Below are positions 58,934 to 64,000 of a DNA stretch of 64,000 bases, one piece after another. The stretch is taken from NCBI GenBank assembly GCA_964547345.1, contig CAZJMX010000012.1, positions 20,710 through 84,709 on the forward strand. The letters are read 5' to 3'. Origin of the DNA: an uncultured Smithella sp. (lineage in GTDB: Bacteria > Desulfobacterota > Syntrophia > Syntrophales > Smithellaceae). Numbering within the stretch: position 1 is the first letter of the stretch; each line of letters starts with the position of its first letter. Position numbers and translations under genes: made by a program. Under the pieces are notes generated by a model, which had not been told where the DNA came from, did no database searches, and saw nothing but the letters and a program-made list of their open reading frames with translations.

Positions 58934-61015
58934 ATGGCAGACGCTCAGGCTCAAACAGGAAGCAACGCATTTATCGATTCAGCAAGATCCAGTTCAGCCA
59001 TGATCGCAATGGGCGTCGTCGGCATTTTGCTGGTCATGATCATTCCCATTCCGCCGATTATGCTGGATATTTTGTTGTCTTTCAGCCTGGCCTTTTCCAT
59101 CATCATCCTGCTGATGTCCATGTATGTTTTAAAACCGCTGCAATTTTCGGTTTTTCCATCCGTGCTTTTGATTGTTACCCTGCTTAGGTTGTCTCTGAAT
59201 GTCGCCTCAACGCGGTTGATCCTGCTTCACGGCAATGAAGGAACGGAAGCGGCAGGCAAGGTCATTCAGGCCTTTGGAACGTTTGTTGTCGGCGGAAACT
59301 ACGTAGTCGGGTTGATTGTCTTTATGGTGCTCGTTTTGATCAACTTTGTCGTCATCACCAAGGGCGCGACCCGCGTGGCCGAAGTGTCGGCGCGCTTCAC
59401 CCTTGACGCCATGCCCGGAAAACAAATGAGCATTGATGCGGATTTGAACGCCGGACTGATTTCAGATACGGATGCCAGACGGCGCCGTGCCGAGATTGAA
59501 CAGGAAGCGAATTTCTACGGAGCCATGGACGGCGCGAGCAAATTCGTAAGGGGCGACGCTATTGCGGGCATTCTCATCGTTTTGGTCAACATCATCGGCG
59601 GCCTGATTATCGGCGTGCTGCAAATGGATATGCAGGTGGTTGACGCCGCGCGCAATTATACATTGCTCACCGTGGGTGATGGTTTGGTGACGCAGGTTCC
59701 CGCGCTGATTGTATCGACGGCGGCGGGTATTCTCGTGACGCGCACCGCGACATCGACGGAACTGGGCGACGAAGTCAAATCTCAGATGTTCATGCAGCCC
59801 CGTGCGATTGCCACGGCCGCTATCTTGTTGTTTATCTTCGCTCTGATTCCGGGCATGCCGAAAATATCTTTCATCATTGTCGCCAGTGTGATTGCTTTTG
59901 TGGCCTGGCGGGTTGTGCAAAGCATTGCCTCGAAAAAAGAAAAGGAAGAGGCCCATGAAATGGAAGTTCTTCCCGCTTCCGAACAGGTGGATACCATTGT
60001 GCCTCTCGACGCAATGGGGCTGGAAGTCGGTTACGCGCTGATTTCGATGGTCGATGCATCTCAGGGCGGCGAGCTCTTGCAGCGTATTAAGGTGTTAAGA
60101 AAACAACTGGCGACTGAGATGGGTTTTATCCTGCCTGCGATTCACATCCGCGACAATCTGAAACTCAAGCCGGACGAATACAGTGTGTTGCTCAAAGGCG
60201 TGGAAGTTGCGCGTGGTTCCGTGATGATGGGACATCATCTGGTGATATCCGTCGATGAAAAGGATATGAAGATCAAAGGCATTCCCACCAGGGAGCCCGC
60301 ATTCGGGCTGCCCGCGCTGTGGGTGACGGATCGCGACAAAGACGCCATTATGGCCAAGGGGTATGTCGTGGTGGATCCGGCCACGGTGATGACCACGCAT
60401 TTGACGGAACTGGTGAAAACCTATGCCGATGAGCTTTTGGGACGCCAGGAAGTTCAGACGCTCGTGGATAATCTCGAACAGCTTTATCCCCGGGTAGTCA
60501 AGGAAATCGTTCCCAAAACGGTTCCTGTCAATTTGCTCCACCGTGTTTTGCAGCGGCTCTTACGGGAAAGGATATCCGTCCGCGACTTGTTGACCGTTAT
60601 CGAAACCATGGGAGAATACGCGGCCATTACAAAGAATGCTGATATTCTCACCGGATATGTGAGGCAGGCCCTGGGGCGAGCGATCACCAGGCAATATCAG
60701 GACAAGGACGGCAATCTTACCGTCATGATTATGTCGCCGGATATTGAAGACAAGATCAGCCGCTCCATTTCGCACACGGAACATGAATCGTTCGTTTCCC
60801 CCGATCCCAATCTGGTCAAGAAAATGGTATCCGGTCTGCAAAAAATGGTTACGACGTTTGCAGCCGGCGGTTTGCAGCCGGTTATCCTGTGTTCGCCCAA
60901 TACCCGGATTCATTTTCGAAAGATTCTGGAAAAGTTTTATCCCAATATGGTGATTCTGGCGCATAATGAAATATCCCGCGAAGTGAACATTAAATCTCTG
61001 GGAATGGTTGAGTGA
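58934..61015 (+). CDS. flhA: Flagellar export gate protein FlhA
   Basis: 693 aa with FHIPEP-type TM domain (…AEVSARFTLDAMPGKQMSIDADL…) plus a cytoplasmic domain. Confidence 0.96.
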   Translation: MADAQAQTGSNAFIDSARSSSAMIAMGVVGILLVMIIPIPPIMLDILLSFSLAFSIIILLMSMYVLKPLQFSVFPSVLLIVTLLRLSLNVASTRLILLHGNEGTEAAGKVIQAFGTFVVGGNYVVGLIVFMVLVLINFVVITKGATRVAEVSARFTLDAMPGKQMSIDADLNAGLISDTDARRRRAEIEQEANFYGAMDGASKFVRGDAIAGILIVLVNIIGGLIIGVLQMDMQVVDAARNYTLLTVGDGLVTQVPALIVSTAAGILVTRTATSTELGDEVKSQMFMQPRAIATAAILLFIFALIPGMPKISFIIVASVIAFVAWRVVQSIASKKEKEEAHEMEVLPASEQVDTIVPLDAMGLEVGYALISMVDASQGGELLQRIKVLRKQLATEMGFILPAIHIRDNLKLKPDEYSVLLKGVEVARGSVMMGHHLVISVDEKDMKIKGIPTREPAFGLPALWVTDRDKDAIMAKGYVVVDPATVMTTHLTELVKTYADELLGRQEVQTLVDNLEQLYPRVVKEIVPKTVPVNLLHRVLQRLLRERISVRDLLTVIETMGEYAAITKNADILTGYVRQALGRAITRQYQDKDGNLTVMIMSPDIEDKISRSISHTEHESFVSPDPNLVKKMVSGLQKMVTTFAAGGLQPVILCSPNTRIHFRKILEKFYPNMVILAHNEISREVNIKSLGMVE

Positions 61016-61019
61016 TCCT

Positions 61020-62219
61020 ATGCAAGTGAAACGTTATGAAGTAGCTGCGATGAATGAAGCGCTCATCAAAATTAAAAATGATCTGGGTCCGGATGCCGTG
61101 ATTTTATCTGCCCGGAAAATTAAAAATGGCAGGCTAGACGTGTTTGAAGTCATGGCCGCGCGTGATGAGGATCCGAGTGCGGCGCAAAAACTATCCGATC
61201 GGACGGCTCAACCCTCCCCGGTTTCTGGGATTCAACGCCAGGAAGATCTATTTGCTTTGTTTCGCCGCGAGCTTGCGGAAATCCGTAAATCCATCGAGGC
61301 CCTGCAAAGACAAAGTCTGCTGGGCCGAGAACTTGCGGAAATGAAGGAGACGATGAATTCATTTTTTGATGTGGTCGGTATGCGCAAAGGCCGGACGCCG
61401 CAGGATCTGAATTCGAAAATTTATCTGCATTTGCTGGGCAGTGGGTTTTCACGCGCCAGCGCCTGCCGTATTGTCGATGCTGTGAATCAAAAGGCGGCGC
61501 ATCCCGCTTGCATGGGCGAAAAGGAGGCGTTTGACCTGGTGGAAAAATACGTCGGTTATTCTCTGCCGGTTTTGAACAAAAACGGCGCAGGCGAACGCAT
61601 TAAAATGTTTATCGGACCGACAGGCGTTGGAAAAACAACAACGCTTGCAAAGCTGGCTGCGCGCTATTCCATCATGAACAAGAAAAAAGTCGGATTGATT
61701 ACAACGGATAATTTCAGAATCGCCGCCGCCGAACAGTTGGAAACCTACGCCAAAATCATGGGACTGCGAATGGAAAAGGCCTCCACCCGGGAAACGTTTG
61801 AGAAGGCGATAAAGAGTTTTGCCGATAAGGACGTCATTTTGGTGGATACGCCCGGGCGCGCCCGTCCGGACGACGGGTATTTGAATCAAATCGAGTTCTC
61901 ATTACCCGATCAGGCCCTTGAGACGAATCTACTGATCAACGCCACAGGCAGCCAGGAACATCTGGAAAACATTGTTTCGGCCTATTCCCGATTTCAAGTT
62001 CGAAATCTGATTATTACGAAAATCGATGAATCCGGAAAATTCGGCATGCTCTATGATGTGATCGCCAAAACCAATAAACCGGTGACCTATGTGACTTGCG
62101 GGCAGAATGTGCCGCAGGATATTGAAGAAGTAACGCCGGCCAGAATGGCTCATTTAATGATCGGGTCTCCCGCTTATGAGAGCGATAAGCCGATCGAACA
62201 AACAGGCAAGCGGATGTAA
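61020..62219 (+). CDS. flhF: Flagellar biosynthesis SRP-type GTPase FlhF
   Basis: GPTGVGKTTTLAKLAA, DTPGR and TKIDE GTPase motifs. ATG 61020 preferred over TTG 61008. Confidence 0.9.
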   Translation: MQVKRYEVAAMNEALIKIKNDLGPDAVILSARKIKNGRLDVFEVMAARDEDPSAAQKLSDRTAQPSPVSGIQRQEDLFALFRRELAEIRKSIEALQRQSLLGRELAEMKETMNSFFDVVGMRKGRTPQDLNSKIYLHLLGSGFSRASACRIVDAVNQKAAHPACMGEKEAFDLVEKYVGYSLPVLNKNGAGERIKMFIGPTGVGKTTTLAKLAARYSIMNKKKVGLITTDNFRIAAAEQLETYAKIMGLRMEKASTRETFEKAIKSFADKDVILVDTPGRARPDDGYLNQIEFSLPDQALETNLLINATGSQEHLENIVSAYSRFQVRNLIITKIDESGKFGMLYDVIAKTNKPVTYVTCGQNVPQDIEEVTPARMAHLMIGSPAYESDKPIEQTGKRM

Positions 62220-62227
62220 GGAGTGAT

Positions 62228-63145
62228 ATGACAGTGGATCAGGCTGCAGAGCTTCGTGAAATTAGAAAGAAAGAAAAGCATTTGGAAAGTAGGGACCAGA
62301 CCCTCGCCAATCCGGACCCCTATGCGCTCAGACCTCATGATGTCCGCGTGATTTCGGTGACGAGCGGCAAGGGCGGGGTGGGAAAAACCAATATCGCGGC
62401 TAATCTGGCCTATCTTTTAGCGCGCAAAAAAAAGAAAACACTGGTGCTGGACGCTGACGCCGGATTGGCGAATATTGATGTGATCCTGGGCATCAATTCT
62501 CCCTATAACTTATATCATGTTCTCAATGGTGAGAAAACGCTTGCAGAGGCGCTGATCAATGGTCCCGGCGGATTCAAAATTCTGCCGTCATCTTCCGGCA
62601 TCCCGGAAATGACGGATCTGTCCCGCGGGCAGAAGCTGACGCTGGTCGATGAGTTGAACACGCTCAACGATTCGCTGGATTTCATGCTGATCGATACGGG
62701 CGCTGGTATTTCCGCAAACGTTATGTATTTCAACATGGCGGCCAAGGAAATCATTGTCGTAACCTCGCCGGAACCGACGGCAATGACCGATGCTTATGCG
62801 CTCATCAAGGTGCTTTATCAGCGGCATGCCAAAAGGAGATTCCGCTTGATTGTCAACATGGCGAAGAGCGCGGCGGAGGCGAAGGAAGTCTACAGTAGAT
62901 TAAGCCGTGCGACGGATCATTTTTTAAATTTAACTATTGAATATTTAGGTTATATTGTATTAGATGAAAAAGTAAGAGATGCCGTCAGGCAACAAAAGGC
63001 GCTGGCCGAAATCTACCCTCAGTCTCCGGCTGCGCGCTGTATGGAAAGAATCGCGGAGAAATTATCCGCGGAGAATATGGCGGAGTATGAAAACGGCAGT
63101 AGTATATTCTTCTGGGAAAACATCTTCGATAAAAGCCGCGCATAA
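62228..63145 (+). CDS. flhG: MinD/ParA-type ATPase FlhG (FleN/YlxH)
   Basis: Deviant Walker A SGKGGVGKT. Located between flhF and fliA. Confidence 0.9.
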   Translation: MTVDQAAELREIRKKEKHLESRDQTLANPDPYALRPHDVRVISVTSGKGGVGKTNIAANLAYLLARKKKKTLVLDADAGLANIDVILGINSPYNLYHVLNGEKTLAEALINGPGGFKILPSSSGIPEMTDLSRGQKLTLVDELNTLNDSLDFMLIDTGAGISANVMYFNMAAKEIIVVTSPEPTAMTDAYALIKVLYQRHAKRRFRLIVNMAKSAAEAKEVYSRLSRATDHFLNLTIEYLGYIVLDEKVRDAVRQQKALAEIYPQSPAARCMERIAEKLSAENMAEYENGSSIFFWENIFDKSRA

Positions 63146-63848
63146 GCATAAACGTGATGATCTGATCATGAAGTATGCGCCGCTGGTGAAGAATATTGTC
63201 GGGCGTCTGGCAGCCAAGCTGCCCATTGACTCTGCGGACAAGGAAGATCTTGTCAACGTAGGGGTCATGGGGTTGATGTCCGCGCTCGATAAATACGACA
63301 AATCCAGAAATGTTCAATTTGAAACGTATGCCAGTTTTCGAATCCGTGGTGCGGTGCTCGATGAACTGCGCGCGAAAGATTGGGTTCCCCGCGCGACGCG
63401 CAGCAAGGACAACAAAATTGAAGGCGCCATGAACGCGCTGAAAAGAAACCTGGGACGCGCGCCTTCTGAAGGAGAAATCGCCGGACACCTGGGAATATCC
63501 CTCAATGATTATTTCAAACTTCTGGACGAAGCCCGCTGTGTTTCGATGATTTCCACGGAAGACCTGCCGCCGGACTATCTGGAAAAATATAGCCGTGAAG
63601 ACGTACTGGAGCAAATTTCTGAAGGCAATCCACTTAACATGCTGGTGGATATGGAATTTAAGGACAAGTTGAAGCAGGCCATTGATCAATTGCCTCCGAA
63701 GGAAAAACTTGTTTTATCCCTGTACTATTATGAAGAGCTGACGATGAAGGAAACCGGAAGGGTGATGGACCTGACCGAGTCGAGGGTCTGTCAGCTGCAT
63801 GCCCAGGCGGTCTTAAGGCTGCGCGGCATGGTCAAGTTTGCCCGATAG
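63087..63848 (+). CDS. fliA: Flagellar sigma factor FliA (sigma-28)
   Basis: Sigma-70 regions 2-4 (DDLIMKYAPLV, FETYASFRIRGAVLDELR, LYYYEELTMKETGRVMDLTESRVCQLH). ATG 63087 keeps the conserved DDL..Y.PLV segment and overlaps flhG by 59 nt. Confidence 0.88.
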   Translation: MKTAVVYSSGKTSSIKAAHKHKRDDLIMKYAPLVKNIVGRLAAKLPIDSADKEDLVNVGVMGLMSALDKYDKSRNVQFETYASFRIRGAVLDELRAKDWVPRATRSKDNKIEGAMNALKRNLGRAPSEGEIAGHLGISLNDYFKLLDEARCVSMISTEDLPPDYLEKYSREDVLEQISEGNPLNMLVDMEFKDKLKQAIDQLPPKEKLVLSLYYYEELTMKETGRVMDLTESRVCQLHAQAVLRLRGMVKFAR

Positions 63849-63866
63849 AAGACAGGTTGGCAGGAC

Positions 63867-64000
63867 GTGAAAAAAGCAAAACTGGATATTCTGGAGCAAT
63901 TGCCTGAGATTGATCTTGCAGGGCCCGCGACGCAAGATATTCCCGACACTGAGGGCGACGCGGAAAGTCCGGATTCCGGCGCAAAGACGTGGGCATTCAA
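63867..64000 (+). CDS. Possible start of an unidentified gene (truncated by window end)
   Basis: GTG at 63867, open for 44 codons to the window end (VKKAKLDILEQLPEIDLAGPATQDIPDTEGDAESPDSGAKTWAF). No family is recognisable. Confidence 0.3.
   Translation, partial: MKKAKLDILEQLPEIDLAGPATQDIPDTEGDAESPDSGAKTWAF

Overview
Chromosomal window of roughly 48-50% GC (by eye). Gene content and heavy sigma-54 use suggest a Desulfobacterota/deltaproteobacterium-like anaerobe; that assignment is inference only. I found no rRNA, CRISPR array, transposase, integrase or prophage genes.

Layout:
- 1-15 kb, housekeeping: secF'-secD-yajC-tgt-queA, mazG, an EamA transporter, a hydantoinase-like/deacetylase-like pair, small envelope/stress proteins (an (AAP)n lipoprotein, YtxH, DUF948, YajD) and a queD-folE2-nadE operon.
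- 15-24.6 kb: an orphan sigma-54-driven type IV pilin followed by an odd 640-bp non-coding stretch, a fatty-acid beta-oxidation pair, tRNA-Val, kpsF/gamma-CA, lpxH, speB-pdaD and the initiator tRNA-Met.
- 24.6-36 kb: an NtrC-type regulator, a cheR-cheD-HDOD-cheY-cheX-cheB-cheA-cheY-cheX operon with no CheW or MCP, and a convergent pilZ-motA-motB operon.
- 36-64 kb: a SPOR/TPR protein with a FlrB/FlrC-like two-component pair, then flgBC-fliEFGHIJ, fliK-flgDE, fliLMNOPQR-flhBA-flhFG-fliA.

Main observations:
1. CheA carries a tandem 24-5-24 residue motif matching the MshEN c-di-GMP receptor signature, in the position where the P2 domain normally sits.
2. Seven near-identical sigma-54 -24/-12 elements sit at the heads of the pilin, che, mot and flagellar operons.
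3. Two of the sigma-54 upstream regions share candidate enhancer elements: a 14-bp direct repeat and GTCAA-N4-TTGAC palindromes.
4. The PilZ protein co-transcribed with MotAB has an unusually long insert between its two c-di-GMP motifs.
5. FliK contains a perfect 171-bp in-frame tandem duplication.
6. A GTGCG-initiated, purine-rich structured segment lies directly after the pilin terminator and may be a group II intron remnant.
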